The notes below the pieces were generated by a model. The model searched no databases and was not told the DNA's origin. It worked only from the letters and a program-made list of their open reading frames with translations. Below are positions 1 through 11,639 of a stretch of DNA of 62,971 bases, piece after piece. The position numbers were made by a program, and so were the translations under genes. Origin of the DNA: an uncultured Nitrospirota bacterium (GTDB lineage Bacteria; Nitrospirota; Thermodesulfovibrionia; Thermodesulfovibrionales; JdFR-85); assembly GCA_964515925.1 (NCBI GenBank), contig CAZEYP010000007.1, positions 1 to 62,971 on the forward strand. Reading direction: 5' to 3'. Numbering within the stretch: the first letter of the stretch is position 1; every line of letters starts with the position of its first letter.

Positions 1-80
1 GTTATTAGTGAGCATACCTATGTTATAAGGATAAAGAAGATAATAGAAACTATGAAAAGATTGTTTGGATAGTTGTGTAA

Positions 81-1592
81 ATGAATAGAAATATTACTGA
101 TAAGGTCAGAATGGATGAAGATATAATTGAACTATTTAGACAGGGACGGTTCAGAGAAATCATAAGAATACTTGGCGATATAGTCTCACAGAAAGGCAGC
201 ATTGACCTGGATCTATTGTTTTTATTGAGTGTTGCACATTATAAACAAAAAGAATTTGATCATGCACTTTTTTATCTTAAGAGAATAGAAAACATAGCAC
301 CATTGAATAAAGAAGCCAATTATTTATTAGCCCTGATATATGAGGATAGAAACGAAAAAGAAAAAGCTATAAAGTGCTATGAAAGGATACTTTTGGTTGA
401 ACCTGACAATGACACTGCCCACCTTGCACTTGCTCATCTGTATCAGAAGTTGAACAGCACTGAAAAGGCAATTGTTCATCTTGAAAAATATCTGTCTATT
501 CATCCCGAGAGTTTTAATGAGTTAAATACCTTAGGTACATTGTATTTGTCAATGGGGAGATTCGAGGATGCCCTTGATTATTATAACAGGACAATAGAGA
601 TTAATCCTGATATGGCCTTAGCAAGATTCAACAGGGCATTGATTTATCTTTTACAGGGCGATTATGAGAGAGGGTGGAGTGAGTATGAATGGAGGTGGAA
701 GACTGATGTTATAAAAAGCTCAATATTTCCATATAAGAGGAAAATAGATTCTCCAGTATGGAGTGGGGAAGACCTGAGAGGGAAGAGGATCCTTGTTCAT
801 GACGAGCAGGGATTTGGTGATACAATTCAGTTTATCAGATATGTCCCTGAACTGGCTAAAATGGATGCAGAGGTATTGGTACAGTGCCAGGATGCACTAA
901 TGAGACTGATAAATACGATTAGTGGTGTCACAAAGGTTTTGGGCCACACAGATGCTCCAGAAGAATGCGATTATCAGATTACCACTTTAGGTCTACCTCT
1001 ACGATTCAGAACATCTCTGGATAGTATACCTGTCAATATCCCTTACTTTCATCTGAAAAGAGAGGATGTAATAGATATAAGAGAAAGACTGAAAATAAGC
1101 GATAGATTTGTGAATGTAGGCATCGTCTGGGCTGGAAGGGCACAGCATAATTTTGATCGATATAGATCTCTTGGGTTTAATGATCTTGATTTTCTATCCA
1201 ATTACAACAGGATAAAGCTATACAGTCTACAAATGGATAAGGCAAAGGAAGATATCAAAGGTAATAAAAAAATAATTGATTGTTCCATTCTAATCAAAGA
1301 TTTTTACGATACAGCTTTAATAATAGAAAATCTTGATTTAGTGATAACTGTAGATACGGCTGTGGCTCATCTTGCAGGTGCTCTCGGAAAGCCAGTATGG
1401 ATATTACTTTCCTATGTACCAGACTGGAGATGGTTACTTAACAGAAGAGATAGTCCCTGGTATCCTACAGCGACACTTTTCCGACAGAGCAGGTTGGGCT
1501 CCTGGACTGAACCACTAAGAGAGTTAAGAATGGAAATAGAGAACTTTTTAGAGAGGCCCCATTCCTTCAAGGCAAATATACTTCATTGCTAA
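81..1592 (+). CDS. TPR-repeat protein with C-terminal glycosyltransferase (GT9-like) domain
   Basis: N-terminal TPR helices; HDEQGFGDTIQFIRY, VGIVWAG, DLVITVDTAVAHLAGALG and DWRW..R.DSPWYPT motifs typical of TPR-glycosyltransferase fusions. Confidence 0.85.
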   Translation: MNRNITDKVRMDEDIIELFRQGRFREIIRILGDIVSQKGSIDLDLLFLLSVAHYKQKEFDHALFYLKRIENIAPLNKEANYLLALIYEDRNEKEKAIKCYERILLVEPDNDTAHLALAHLYQKLNSTEKAIVHLEKYLSIHPESFNELNTLGTLYLSMGRFEDALDYYNRTIEINPDMALARFNRALIYLLQGDYERGWSEYEWRWKTDVIKSSIFPYKRKIDSPVWSGEDLRGKRILVHDEQGFGDTIQFIRYVPELAKMDAEVLVQCQDALMRLINTISGVTKVLGHTDAPEECDYQITTLGLPLRFRTSLDSIPVNIPYFHLKREDVIDIRERLKISDRFVNVGIVWAGRAQHNFDRYRSLGFNDLDFLSNYNRIKLYSLQMDKAKEDIKGNKKIIDCSILIKDFYDTALIIENLDLVITVDTAVAHLAGALGKPVWILLSYVPDWRWLLNRRDSPWYPTATLFRQSRLGSWTEPLRELRMEIENFLERPHSFKANILHC

Positions 1593-1759
1593 CCTTTCAA
1601 ACATTAACCTTCTGTTAATAGGATAATTTTTTGACTCATCCTGGAAAAATTTTCCTTCATAATGACAATAATATGTCATGTGCTGTTAAATTTGTTAATA
1701 AAAACAATAAGTTATAAAAATTAAAATTGCTGGCAAGATATTTGCTTAATTATTTGACG

Positions 1760-2743
1760 ATGAATAGATTCCCAAAGAAAAAGATTCTTGTAACTGGCGG
1801 TGCCGGTTTTCTTGGCTCCCATCTTTGCGAACGGTTACTTGAAGATGGTAACGAGGTAATCTGTGTAGATAATTTTTATACTGGACAGAAGGCAAATATT
1901 GCCCATTTATTAAATAGTCCTTATTTTGAGGTGATAAGGCATGATATAACCTTTCCACTCTATGTGGAGGTTGACGAGATATACAATCTGGCATGTCCGG
2001 CATCTCCTGTGCACTATCAGTTTGATCCTGTACAGACTACAAAGACCTCTGTTCATGGCTCAATTAACATGCTTGGGCTTGCAAAGCGTCTAAAGATAAA
2101 AATATTACAGGCATCCACATCTGAGGTATATGGCGATCCGTTAGTCCATCCTCAAAGGGAAGATTATTGGGGCAATGTTAATCCAATAGGTCCCCGTTCC
2201 TGTTATGACGAGGGGAAAAGGTGCGCTGAAACCCTGTTTTTCGATTATCACAGGCAATATCGTCTCAGAATAAAGATAGCAAGAATATTCAACACCTACG
2301 GACCAAGGATGTATCCAGACGATGGAAGGGTTGTTAGCAACTTTATAATGCAGGCACTGAGAGGTGAAGATATTACTATTTATGGAGATGGTTCTCAGAC
2401 AAGGTGCTTCTGTTTTGTAGATGATATGATCGATGGTCTCATTAAATTGATGAATAGCCCCGATAGTTTTACCGGACCTGTAAATCTTGGTAATCCTGTA
2501 GAAATAACCATCCTTGAACTGGCACAGATGATTATTGAGCTTACAGGTTCAAGCTCTAAAATTGAGTTTTTACCGCTTCCTGAAAATGATCCACGACGCC
2601 GCAGACCCGATATTACTCTGGCAAGAGAAAAACTCAGGTGGGAGCCAAAAACAGACCTGAGAACAGGACTTTTAAAGACCATAGAATATTTCAGGGGGAT
2701 TATGAATGAAGAAGCTGAGAGTTCTCACTTTCAACTGGCATGA
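1760..2743 (+). CDS. uxs: UDP-glucuronic acid decarboxylase (UDP-xylose synthase), extended SDR family
   Basis: [39 protein letters not shown] motifs; ATG at 1760 preferred to TTG at 1727. Confidence 0.92.
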   Translation: MNRFPKKKILVTGGAGFLGSHLCERLLEDGNEVICVDNFYTGQKANIAHLLNSPYFEVIRHDITFPLYVEVDEIYNLACPASPVHYQFDPVQTTKTSVHGSINMLGLAKRLKIKILQASTSEVYGDPLVHPQREDYWGNVNPIGPRSCYDEGKRCAETLFFDYHRQYRLRIKIARIFNTYGPRMYPDDGRVVSNFIMQALRGEDITIYGDGSQTRCFCFVDDMIDGLIKLMNSPDSFTGPVNLGNPVEITILELAQMIIELTGSSSKIEFLPLPENDPRRRRPDITLAREKLRWEPKTDLRTGLLKTIEYFRGIMNEEAESSHFQLA

Positions 2744-4883
2744 AGGATATATCTATCTGCTTGCCAAGACAGGATTTGATTTTGACGTTGTTGAAGTATG
2801 GAAAGGTGGAAGGTTTGGCTGGATAAAAGAATTTCGTCCTGTTCCAGACAATTGTAGATTAATCCCTGAGGAAGAGGCTTTAGGCAATCTAAAAAAGAAT
2901 ATATATGATGTTGCGATATGTCACAACATTTCTGACCTGCTTAAAGTGGCAGAATTTCCTCTAAAAAAGATATTAATTCATCATAATAGAATTGAGATGG
3001 AGTTTGGTATAAATGATAATGAAAAGGATAGGTTATTAGAAAAGATAAAAGAGCTTTACAGTTCGGTCCAAAACTTAATACTTGTGTTTATCTCTGAGAT
3101 GAAGATGAACAACTGGGGTATTGATGGCGAGATAATATTGCCTGGCATTGATCTCAATGAGTATTACGGATACAGAGGAGAAATAGAGAATGTTTTAAGA
3201 GTGGGTAATATGTTGAAAGAGCGTGATATTATGCTTGGCTATTCAGTACAGGAGAAGCTCCTTAAAGGTCTGCCCTCAACCATTCTGGGACTTAATCCAT
3301 CCATTGAAGAGGCAATAATTCCGAAAGACTGGAACGAATACCGTGAGTATTTAAGAACACACCGTCTTTATCTTAATACAACAATGCCACCTCTTGAGGA
3401 TGGCTATAATCTTTCAATGCTTGAGGCAATGGCTACGGGGATGCCGGTAGTTAGCATTGCCAACCCATCTTCACCAATAGAAAATGGAATAAATGGTTAC
3501 ATATCTGAGGATGGGGATTATTTACAAGAGAGGATTAAAGAGCTACTGAGTAACCCGGAAAAGGCCAGAACTCTTGGCAGTAAGGCAAGAGAAACAGTAA
3601 GAGAAATGTTCTCAATGGAAAGGTTCATTGAATCGTGGACGAAGGTTATTTATGATACTAGTATATCTGTAGCCTCAGCTGTTAAGAAAAGATCAACATG
3701 TTCAAAAAGTAGAGGTGAGGGTTTAAGGATTTTCATGACCTATACGTCAAACCCCCAGACAACTGCCTATTATCTTGAACGAGCATTGAGACAGAACCAC
3801 GATGTTATTACTTTTGGTCCATCAATAGTTGATCCCATATGGGGGTTTGACATACTGAAACAATGGAAGCTTGAACCAATAAGAGAACGAGTGAGAGAGC
3901 ATGATATTCCATATGTAACCGAGAACATAGATGAAGTAGTAGAAAGGCTACAGAAAGAGTCTCTCTGGTATCCACATCTATTTTTCTTTGTTGACACTGG
4001 TATATGGTATCCACTTAATGGAATAGAAAGAATAAATTGTATTAAGGCGTGCTACCTGATCGATGTACATTTAGACATTGAAAGGAGAATAGAAGTTGGA
4101 AAAAACTTTGATTATGTATTCATTGCACAGAGGCAATACATTGATGATTTCAAAAAGGCAGGCATTGAGAGGGTATTCTGGTTGCCGCTTGGCTGTGATC
4201 CTGAAATACATGGTAAAAGAGAGGTTTCAAAGGTGTATGATGTTGGTTTTGTAGGCAGCCTGAACAACACAAAAAGGATAAAGATGTTAGAGAAAATATC
4301 CGAAAAGTTTAATCTACATTACGAGAGGTGCTTTCTTGAAAAGATGGCCGAGGTATACTCAAAGTCGAAAATTGTATTTAATATTTCAGTGAAAAATGAT
4401 CTTAACATGAGGGTGTTTGAGGCACTATGTTCTGGGAGTATGCTTATTACAGATGAGGCGGCAGGCAGTGGACTATCAGAAATGTTCGAGGACCGAAGGC
4501 ATTTAGTAGTTTACCATGATAGTAAGGAAATGCTTGGGTTAATAGAATACTATCTCAAGCATGAAGAAGAACGAGAAGAGATTGCAAGACAGGGGCGAAA
4601 AGAGGTCCTCAGAAAGCATACCTATAAGCATCGCGTTAACAGTATGTTAGAGACCATATTCAGTAATAAAGCCTTAGAGAATGATATGGAAAGTATTGAA
4701 GAAGTTGAAAGATATCTTATGGAGCATCCAGGAGACACAAAGGCACTCCTGAGGTATGCAAAGTTAGCAGCTAATGAAGGCCAGTATGAAATAGCAAAGG
4801 AATCTATTGAAACTGTTTTAGTTTTAGAACCCAATAACAAAAGAGCTTTGCAGCTGATAGACGAGTTGACCAATAAAAGGTAA
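2706..4883 (+). CDS. Two-domain glycosyltransferase (GT4-like plus CgeB/Glyco_trans_1_2-like) with C-terminal TPR
   Basis: First half has [15 protein letters not shown]; second half has [18 protein letters not shown] and [18 protein letters not shown]. Confidence 0.8.
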   Translation: MKKLRVLTFNWHEGYIYLLAKTGFDFDVVEVWKGGRFGWIKEFRPVPDNCRLIPEEEALGNLKKNIYDVAICHNISDLLKVAEFPLKKILIHHNRIEMEFGINDNEKDRLLEKIKELYSSVQNLILVFISEMKMNNWGIDGEIILPGIDLNEYYGYRGEIENVLRVGNMLKERDIMLGYSVQEKLLKGLPSTILGLNPSIEEAIIPKDWNEYREYLRTHRLYLNTTMPPLEDGYNLSMLEAMATGMPVVSIANPSSPIENGINGYISEDGDYLQERIKELLSNPEKARTLGSKARETVREMFSMERFIESWTKVIYDTSISVASAVKKRSTCSKSRGEGLRIFMTYTSNPQTTAYYLERALRQNHDVITFGPSIVDPIWGFDILKQWKLEPIRERVREHDIPYVTENIDEVVERLQKESLWYPHLFFFVDTGIWYPLNGIERINCIKACYLIDVHLDIERRIEVGKNFDYVFIAQRQYIDDFKKAGIERVFWLPLGCDPEIHGKREVSKVYDVGFVGSLNNTKRIKMLEKISEKFNLHYERCFLEKMAEVYSKSKIVFNISVKNDLNMRVFEALCSGSMLITDEAAGSGLSEMFEDRRHLVVYHDSKEMLGLIEYYLKHEEEREEIARQGRKEVLRKHTYKHRVNSMLETIFSNKALENDMESIEEVERYLMEHPGDTKALLRYAKLAANEGQYEIAKESIETVLVLEPNNKRALQLIDELTNKR

Positions 4884-4896
4884 AGGTAAAAAAGAT

Positions 4897-5817
4897 ATGA
4901 AACTCCTGCTAAGCTGTCCTAACTCCAACTTTTCGCTATTAGGATACGATTGGACGAAAGAGGAACTTTTTTTTGCAATACCTTCATATATTTTTACTGC
5001 CTGTAGTATTGAATACTATAGCAATTCACTCCTTGTTAGCTCAGAAAATGAAATAAGAAGGATATCTCCTTATGAAGAGACAATTTACTATCTGGGCGGA
5101 AGATATAATAACCTTGCACATAGTGTCAAGATAATAGATAAAGATAAAATAGCAGTTGTTGATACAGGCAATACAAGGGTCATTGTCATAGATGCAAGTG
5201 GTAGGGTGATTAAGACTTATAATCCGCTTGAAAGCTGGGGGAATATACCACAGGATACTATTCACTTGAATGATGTGGTTCAGACTCCTTACGGATTATT
5301 GGCTTCATGTTTTGATTATCGTCCCTGGCGTTATGAGCGGGAAAAATTATCGTGGCAGCAGTGGTGTTCTGGCGGTTTTGGTTTAATTCTAAATCTTAGT
5401 GAAGAAGGCAGGGTGATTGGTTGTGGTCTGAATCACCCTCATTCATTAACGTATAAGCATCCTTATCTTTATGTATGTTCATCAGCAACAGGTGAGTTTC
5501 ATGTTTTTGAATTCAATAAGAATGGAATCTTGAGGGAAAAACAGAGGTATCGTATCTGCAATAACCACTTTTTGAGAGGGGCATTATATACAAAGATGGG
5601 ATGGTTTCTTGGCGGAAGTTGTAGAAGACATGAAGAGGTTATCTCTAAGAATATGAAAATATATCTGTTTAATCAGGATACCTGCAGTGTAGAAGGCAGA
5701 GTTTTAGATATGTGGGGTGAGATATATGATATATTGCCTTGGAGAGAGGATATTTTAGAGCCTATCATTAGAAATATTTTGAGTTATAAAGCTAAGGAGT
5801 ATGCAACTTCAAAATGA
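4897..5817 (+). CDS. Hypothetical beta-propeller-like protein (DUF4915/TIGR03032-like)
   Basis: 306-aa ORF coupled to its neighbours; HLND, HPHSL and FLRG motifs. Confidence 0.45.
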   Translation: MKLLLSCPNSNFSLLGYDWTKEELFFAIPSYIFTACSIEYYSNSLLVSSENEIRRISPYEETIYYLGGRYNNLAHSVKIIDKDKIAVVDTGNTRVIVIDASGRVIKTYNPLESWGNIPQDTIHLNDVVQTPYGLLASCFDYRPWRYEREKLSWQQWCSGGFGLILNLSEEGRVIGCGLNHPHSLTYKHPYLYVCSSATGEFHVFEFNKNGILREKQRYRICNNHFLRGALYTKMGWFLGGSCRRHEEVISKNMKIYLFNQDTCSVEGRVLDMWGEIYDILPWREDILEPIIRNILSYKAKEYATSK

Positions 5818-8417
5818 ATAAGTTAGTGAAGAATATATCTGTATATGACTGCTTTATATTATTTGATGAACTGGATCTTTTAGAATTAAGGCTACATACT
5901 CTATCGAAGGTAGTTGATTTCTTTGTGCTGGTTGAGGCGACAAGAACCTTCAGTGGAAGAACAAAGGAATTATATTATCTAAAAAACAAAGAAAGATATT
6001 CTGAATTTAATGAGAGAATAATTCATATTGTTGTGGATGATATGCCTGAAGATGTTGAACGGTGGGAAAGAGAATTTCATCAAAGAGATGCTATTATGCG
6101 TGGACTAAGAGGTTGCAGCCCAAATGATATAATTATCATATCTGATGTTGATGAAATACCAAAACCAGATGTTATAAAAAATTATACAACTGAAGATCCT
6201 TTAACATTAAAAATGAGGGTTTTTTATTATTATTTAAACTGTGAATCTGAAAGGCAAGAGGAAGCTTCTGTAATTGTAAGATATAAAAGATTGAAAACTC
6301 CACAAAGCTTGAGGAACAACAGAAATTCCTTTGCCAAAATAGAAGACGCTGGCTGGCACTTTTCCTATTTAGGTGGGATAAAAAAGATAAGAAAAAAGAT
6401 AGAAAGCTTCTCCCATTCTGAATACGACAGAGAAAGTTATAAGGATCCGGTTAAACTGTTTTATAAAATTAAAGGAGCCAAAGACCTTTTCGATAGAGAT
6501 ATAAGTTATAGATTTGTAAAAATAGATGAGACCTTTCCTGAGTATTTATTAGATAATATTCAACGATACAGTAAATATATAATTGAACCTAACAGAGAGA
6601 TAAACAATCAAGCCGTAAAAGAGGATGGTTATATGATTAAAAACCTTGAAATTTTAAGGAACAGAAATCCAGAGCTTGCAGAAGTATTAACATTTGAGGA
6701 TGATAAGGGATACAGGGTAATTTTTAGCAGGTCTGGCAAGCCAACTATTAAATATCATGGAATAACTCTACACAGTCAATATGACCCTGAAAGTGAAGCA
6801 AAAAGATGGGTAAAAACAAACAGAGATAGATTAGACGAAGGAAAAACGATTTGTGTGTTTGGTTTTGGCCTTGGATATCATATAGAAGAATTAGTTAAAT
6901 ATACAGATAAAGAGATCGTAGTCTTTGAAGCAGACATTGATATGATAAAAACCGCATTAAAGCATCGTGACCTTAGAGCGGTTCTGAGTAGAATAAGGCT
7001 TATTTGTGGGGAAGATGTTTCTGATATTAATAGCAATTACACAATTGTTAAATATTTACCATCAATAAAAATCAATGAAGGGTTTTATGATAGGATAGAG
7101 AGAAGGTTGATCGCAAAGAAGATAGCCAATAGATGTTTAAAGATATCTGTAATAGGGCCTATATATGGTGGCTCGCTTCCTATTGCTGAATACACTGCCA
7201 GGGCTCTTAAAAAATTAGGTCACAAGGTTCAATATATTGATAATAGTCCATTTAAAGAGGCTTTTTTGTTCATTTATGATGCCCATCTTGACCAGAATAT
7301 AAAGAAAAACCTGCATGAAGACTTTATTAAGCTTACTTCCAAGAGCGTTCTTGCCCATATAGAAAAATTCAAACCTGATCTCGTAATCGCACTTGCCCAG
7401 GCTCCAATAAACAATGAATTGCTCTCGGAACTAAAAAAAATTAACCTCAAAACAGCTTTCTGGTTTGTAGAAAACTATAGACATTTAACTTACTGGCAGG
7501 ATGCATTCAGGTATTATGATTATGTTTTTGTTATACAGAAAGGGGAATTTATCGATTCAGCAAGGAGGGTTTATAAAAAGTGTTTTCATTATTTACCGTT
7601 AGCCGCCCTTCCTGAGTTTCATAGACCAGTTGAATTGACTGCAGAAGAAAGGGAAGAATTTGGTAGTGATGTGTCCTTTGTTGGAGCTGGTTATAAAAAC
7701 AGGAGGGAGTTTTTGACGGGATTGTTAGATTATGACTTTAAGATCTGGGGAAATGAGTGGGATATGATGTCTCCGCTCAAGAGGGTTATACAGAGAGAGG
7801 GTGCCAGAGTAGAACCTGAGGAGATTGTAAAGATATTTAATGCTACAAAGATAAATATAAACCTTCATTCTTCTGCCGTCCATAGCGGCTTAGACCCTTT
7901 TGGTGATTTTGTTAACCCAAGGACCTTTGAGATACCTGCATGCAGTGGATTTCAACTGGTGGATATGAGGTCACCAATAAAAGAATTTTTTGAGATAGGC
8001 AAGGAGATAGAAACTTATGAGAGTATAGATGAACTCAGGAAAAAGATCAGTTATTACTTAAAACATCCCGACGAGCGATGTGAGATTGCAGAATCGGGAT
8101 ATAACAGGGTATTAAAGAACCATACTTACGAATTAAGAATGAAGGAAATGATAGAAGTTATTATAAAAAACGATTTTGAGTTGCCTAAATGGACTCAGGA
8201 TGAGCTCTTTATAGATGACTTAGTTTCAGAAGCAAAAGATGACAGAGAACTATCAGAGTTTTTTAAGGGGTTGGAGGCTAAATATAGCAGGGTAAAGATA
8301 GATGATATTGTAAGCAGTATTCAACAAATGGAGGGTAAGAAGGAACTGAATACTGTTGAAAAGGCATTTTTATATATGATGACCGTAAAAAAACAGTATA
8401 TAAAAGAGCAAGCTTAG
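5814..8417 (+). CDS. Fusion of GT17-like domain, Maf/DUF115-type N-terminal domain and CgeB-family glycosyltransferase
   Basis: YDCFILFDELDLLELRL, RE.HQRDAI, ISDVDEIP, GWHFSYLGG (GT17); LHSQYDPESEA and FGFGLGYHI (Maf N-terminal); DVSFVGAGY.NR and NPRTFEIPAC (CgeB). Confidence 0.75.
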   Translation: MNKLVKNISVYDCFILFDELDLLELRLHTLSKVVDFFVLVEATRTFSGRTKELYYLKNKERYSEFNERIIHIVVDDMPEDVERWEREFHQRDAIMRGLRGCSPNDIIIISDVDEIPKPDVIKNYTTEDPLTLKMRVFYYYLNCESERQEEASVIVRYKRLKTPQSLRNNRNSFAKIEDAGWHFSYLGGIKKIRKKIESFSHSEYDRESYKDPVKLFYKIKGAKDLFDRDISYRFVKIDETFPEYLLDNIQRYSKYIIEPNREINNQAVKEDGYMIKNLEILRNRNPELAEVLTFEDDKGYRVIFSRSGKPTIKYHGITLHSQYDPESEAKRWVKTNRDRLDEGKTICVFGFGLGYHIEELVKYTDKEIVVFEADIDMIKTALKHRDLRAVLSRIRLICGEDVSDINSNYTIVKYLPSIKINEGFYDRIERRLIAKKIANRCLKISVIGPIYGGSLPIAEYTARALKKLGHKVQYIDNSPFKEAFLFIYDAHLDQNIKKNLHEDFIKLTSKSVLAHIEKFKPDLVIALAQAPINNELLSELKKINLKTAFWFVENYRHLTYWQDAFRYYDYVFVIQKGEFIDSARRVYKKCFHYLPLAALPEFHRPVELTAEEREEFGSDVSFVGAGYKNRREFLTGLLDYDFKIWGNEWDMMSPLKRVIQREGARVEPEEIVKIFNATKININLHSSAVHSGLDPFGDFVNPRTFEIPACSGFQLVDMRSPIKEFFEIGKEIETYESIDELRKKISYYLKHPDERCEIAESGYNRVLKNHTYELRMKEMIEVIIKNDFELPKWTQDELFIDDLVSEAKDDRELSEFFKGLEAKYSRVKIDDIVSSIQQMEGKKELNTVEKAFLYMMTVKKQYIKEQA

Positions 8418-8420
8418 GGT

Positions 8421-10100
8421 ATGAAAGAGATTCTTATCATAAACCTGACTCGAATGGGTGATTTAATCCAAACGACACCGGCAATTGTTGCTCTTAAAGA
8501 GAGGTACCCTGAATCATATATAACGCTTCTGGCCAGTACACACTTTATAGAAATTTGCAATTCCATACCACTGGTTGATAGATGTATTGATCTGGATGAG
8601 ATATATATTGCTAAGGCAACAAAATCAAACAGATTGATGGAGGGATATAGGTATCTGAAAAGTGTTCTTGAGTTAATTAACGACAGATATTACGATCTGG
8701 TGATCAATTTTACAAATTCAACTGCCAGCGCAATTCTAACATCAATGATAAATGCACGGGAAAGAAGGGGGATATGCATAGATAAAAGAGGCTTTATTGT
8801 TAAATTTCATCCATGGATTAGATATATTTTTAATATAATTCCTTCAAGAAGTGTCAATCCCTTTCACCTTTGCGATCTTCATGTAAAGGCTTCAGGTGGT
8901 GTTTTGAATAATAAAGGATTACATATAGTAGTAGATGAAAAGAGTTCAAAATGGGTTGATGATTTTTTTAGGAGGTATGGGTTGGATGAAGATGAATTGA
9001 TTGTTGCCCTGCAACTTGGAGCAAGTGTTGAAGATAAGAGATGGCCTGTGGAGAGTTTTGCTAAACTTGCAGATAAACTTTCTGATGAACTAAACGCAAC
9101 AATCTTATTAACCGGTTCAAAGTCGGAGACAAAGCTTGGTGAAGAATTTGAAATAAAATCTTCTGCAAGGACCATAAATATGATTGGCAAGACAAGCCTT
9201 ACTCATCTGTCAGCCCTGCTTAAAAGGGCAGATTTACTTGTGAGTAATGATACAGGTACCCTTCATCTGGCAACAGCAGTTGGTACGAAAGTGATGGACA
9301 TATCTTTAGCATCAGTGCATTTCAGGGAGACTGGGCCATATGGTGAGGGTCATTATGTTGTTACTTCTACTTTGCCCTGCTATCCATGCCATTTTGAGTC
9401 GGGTTGCACATCCACCAAATGCAAAGAAACTATCACACCTGATGCAGTGTTTCAACTGTGTAAGGCTATATTAATGCAAGACCTTGAAATAATGGATACA
9501 AAGCACTTTGAAAACTTGCAGATTTATTGTCCTGTATTTGATAAAGACGGCCTCATTTGTTACCTTCCTTTATTAAAGAAAAAAATAGATATAAATGAGC
9601 TTTTTATATATATTTATAAGTATACATGGCAGGTAGTGTTAGACAGACGTCCTTTTGAAGAGGTTGACACAATTTTAGCACTTATTGAAGAAAAGATGGT
9701 ATTTTACGAAGAAAATCCTGAAAATTACGATAAATTACTTGAGTATGCGCAAGGGTTTAAAAGATTGACGGAGTTGATTGATGTAATGTTATCTGTAATG
9801 GGAGTTATGCATAGGCACACTATTAATGAGCATATTGATATCAATTTGATAGAGCGATTATGGGAAAACATAGAGCCGGTTGATCAGGAAATAGAAAGGT
9901 TAGCCTATGTAGTGCCATATATAAAGCCAATCTATATTATGCTTAAATATGAGAAAGAGGCTTTTAAAGGAGAAAACCTTAAAGCTGTAATTGAAGAAGC
10001 AATTAGGGCTTATAAATATGCTAAGTGGCAGGCGGATGTTATTTATAAAATACTGAAAGAATTTGTCGCAAATAGAAGGCTAAACTTGACTCAGGTATAA
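8421..10100 (+). CDS. Glycosyltransferase family 9 (heptosyltransferase-like) with C-terminal extension
   Basis: NLTRMGDLIQTTP, QLGAS..DKRWP and LVSNDTGTLHLATAVG motifs. Confidence 0.85.
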   Translation: MKEILIINLTRMGDLIQTTPAIVALKERYPESYITLLASTHFIEICNSIPLVDRCIDLDEIYIAKATKSNRLMEGYRYLKSVLELINDRYYDLVINFTNSTASAILTSMINARERRGICIDKRGFIVKFHPWIRYIFNIIPSRSVNPFHLCDLHVKASGGVLNNKGLHIVVDEKSSKWVDDFFRRYGLDEDELIVALQLGASVEDKRWPVESFAKLADKLSDELNATILLTGSKSETKLGEEFEIKSSARTINMIGKTSLTHLSALLKRADLLVSNDTGTLHLATAVGTKVMDISLASVHFRETGPYGEGHYVVTSTLPCYPCHFESGCTSTKCKETITPDAVFQLCKAILMQDLEIMDTKHFENLQIYCPVFDKDGLICYLPLLKKKIDINELFIYIYKYTWQVVLDRRPFEEVDTILALIEEKMVFYEENPENYDKLLEYAQGFKRLTELIDVMLSVMGVMHRHTINEHIDINLIERLWENIEPVDQEIERLAYVVPYIKPIYIMLKYEKEAFKGENLKAVIEEAIRAYKYAKWQADVIYKILKEFVANRRLNLTQV

Positions 10101-10174
10101 ATGTTTTTATATTTTATTTCAAATTTAAAAAATACCCCAGATTGAAAGGGGAATCTTTCAGAAGGAGTGATACC

Positions 10175-10606
10175 ATGACAGAAGATGTAAAAAATACCCT
10201 TGTTGAAACCCTTAAAGGTGGAATTGAAGAAGTTATAGAATTACTACAGCCTATATCTGATGGCCTGATGAATACCATGAGTATTTTAAGGTCTGAAGAG
10301 TCAGAAGATGTATTCAGGAACCTTTCAAACTGGCTTAAGGCTCTGGATTCTGTATACAAATTTGCCTTTGAGATGAAGAGGGGGCTGGAACAATTAAACA
10401 GTATGGGAATGAAATTGGATACAAACCGTCTGGATTTTCTGCTGGAGTCTAAAAGCTTACTGGAGGATATGCTTGGTGCCTTTGAGGCAAATGACTGGGT
10501 AACGGTTTGTGATTTGATAGAATATGAAATCGTGCCTATGCTTTCAAAAACTAAAGAAGCACTTGAGAATATCAGGGATGAACTATCTGTATTAATTGAG
10601 AAATAA
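10175..10606 (+). CDS. Hypothetical helical protein of flagellar-glycosylation-type loci
   Basis: AGGAG before ATG 10175; C-terminal DWVTVCDLIEYEIVP motif. Confidence 0.65.
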   Translation: MTEDVKNTLVETLKGGIEEVIELLQPISDGLMNTMSILRSEESEDVFRNLSNWLKALDSVYKFAFEMKRGLEQLNSMGMKLDTNRLDFLLESKSLLEDMLGAFEANDWVTVCDLIEYEIVPMLSKTKEALENIRDELSVLIEK

Positions 10607-10734
10607 TAGCTAATTTCATTTCTTCTTGCATCTTTTATTGAGTTATATTAAAAAGCTGTTTTTAACTATAATAATTAAAATGGTATATATAATCAGAAGT
10701 GGTTTTTCATGCCTCTATGAGGGGGGAAACTGAT

Positions 10735-10761
10735 TAAAGTTTTAAAGAAAATGGCCGATAA
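10735..10761 (+). promoter_or_regulatory. Sigma-28 (FliA) promoter
   Basis: TAAAGTTT(10735-10742)-N11-GCCGATAA(10754-10761), an exact match to the canonical FliA consensus. Confidence 0.9.
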
Positions 10762-10831
10762 GAAAAAGTAGCAGGGATGTAACCTATTGAAGAAGGGGTA
10801 AAAACCCTTTCATGAAAGGAGGCGGTTATTT

Positions 10832-11050
10832 ATGACCATTTTGCCTTCTCAGATAAGTTCCATGATAAAGCTGTACACAAAATATTCCAGGACCTCAGAG
10901 CCTATTTTCAATAAGGATTCTAATGAGATAAATGAAAGAGAGGATGTGGTCAGTATATCTGCAGAAGCAAAAAAGAAGCAGATACAGGAGATAACAAAAA
11001 ACGAGGTAATGAAAAAGATAAAGGAGAGTTTGTTAAATGAAAAAGTCTGA
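10832..11050 (+). CDS. Small protein resembling the DVU0524-type FlgM-associated family
   Basis: AGGAGG at 10817-10822; MTILPSQISSMIKLY...DVVSISAEAKK pattern; lies downstream of a sigma-28 promoter. Confidence 0.55.
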   Translation: MTILPSQISSMIKLYTKYSRTSEPIFNKDSNEINEREDVVSISAEAKKKQIQEITKNEVMKKIKESLLNEKV

Positions 11051-11639
11051 CTTTAAGATTCTAATTATCGATGATGATGAAATCGCAAGAGATGTTATTG
11101 TTAGCCTTCTTTCCAAAGAAGGCTTTTCTGTGAAATCAGCAAGAGATGGTATTGAAGGTTTAGCAACTATTAAGATGAACAACTTTGACCTGGTAATTAC
11201 TGATCTGAAGATGCCTGGTGCTGATGGAATTGAGGTGCTTAAAGAGGCTAAACGGGTGGATCCAAGGATAGCTGTGGTTATATTAACCGCCTATGGCACG
11301 CTTGATAATGCCCTTGAGGCAATAAGGCTTGGAGCCTTTGATTATATTACAAAGCCCTTTAAACTACAGGAACTCCTTTTTGTGGTTGAAAATGCTATGA
11401 AGACAGCAGAACTTATCAGGGAAAACGAAGAGTTAAGATACATGTTAAGAAAAACTATATCAGACCTCAATGTAATAAACAATGTTAATGCATCTGACCA
11501 TCCTGAAATTACAGTAAATCTGCTTGAAAGAATAGTCCGTTTGCAGCAGTTGGGGGTGTTAACTGCCGATGAGGTTGAGGTGTTGAAGGACAAACTATTA
11601 AGGAGCCGTGAAAATGCCGAAGGTATTGGTAGTAGATGA
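11037..11639 (+). CDS. Response regulator (receiver, coiled coil and short C-terminal helix; no recognisable DNA-binding domain)
   Basis: LIIDDD, DLVITDLKMPGADG and GAFDYITKPF motifs. Confidence 0.85.
   Translation: MKKSDFKILIIDDDEIARDVIVSLLSKEGFSVKSARDGIEGLATIKMNNFDLVITDLKMPGADGIEVLKEAKRVDPRIAVVILTAYGTLDNALEAIRLGAFDYITKPFKLQELLFVVENAMKTAELIRENEELRYMLRKTISDLNVINNVNASDHPEITVNLLERIVRLQQLGVLTADEVEVLKDKLLRSRENAEGIGSR

Noticed and set aside
10765-10830. c-di-GMP riboswitch upstream of the HD-GYP/PilZ operon
   Set aside because: The leader is too short and lacks the GEMM features (GG.CAAA.C and tetraloop/receptor).
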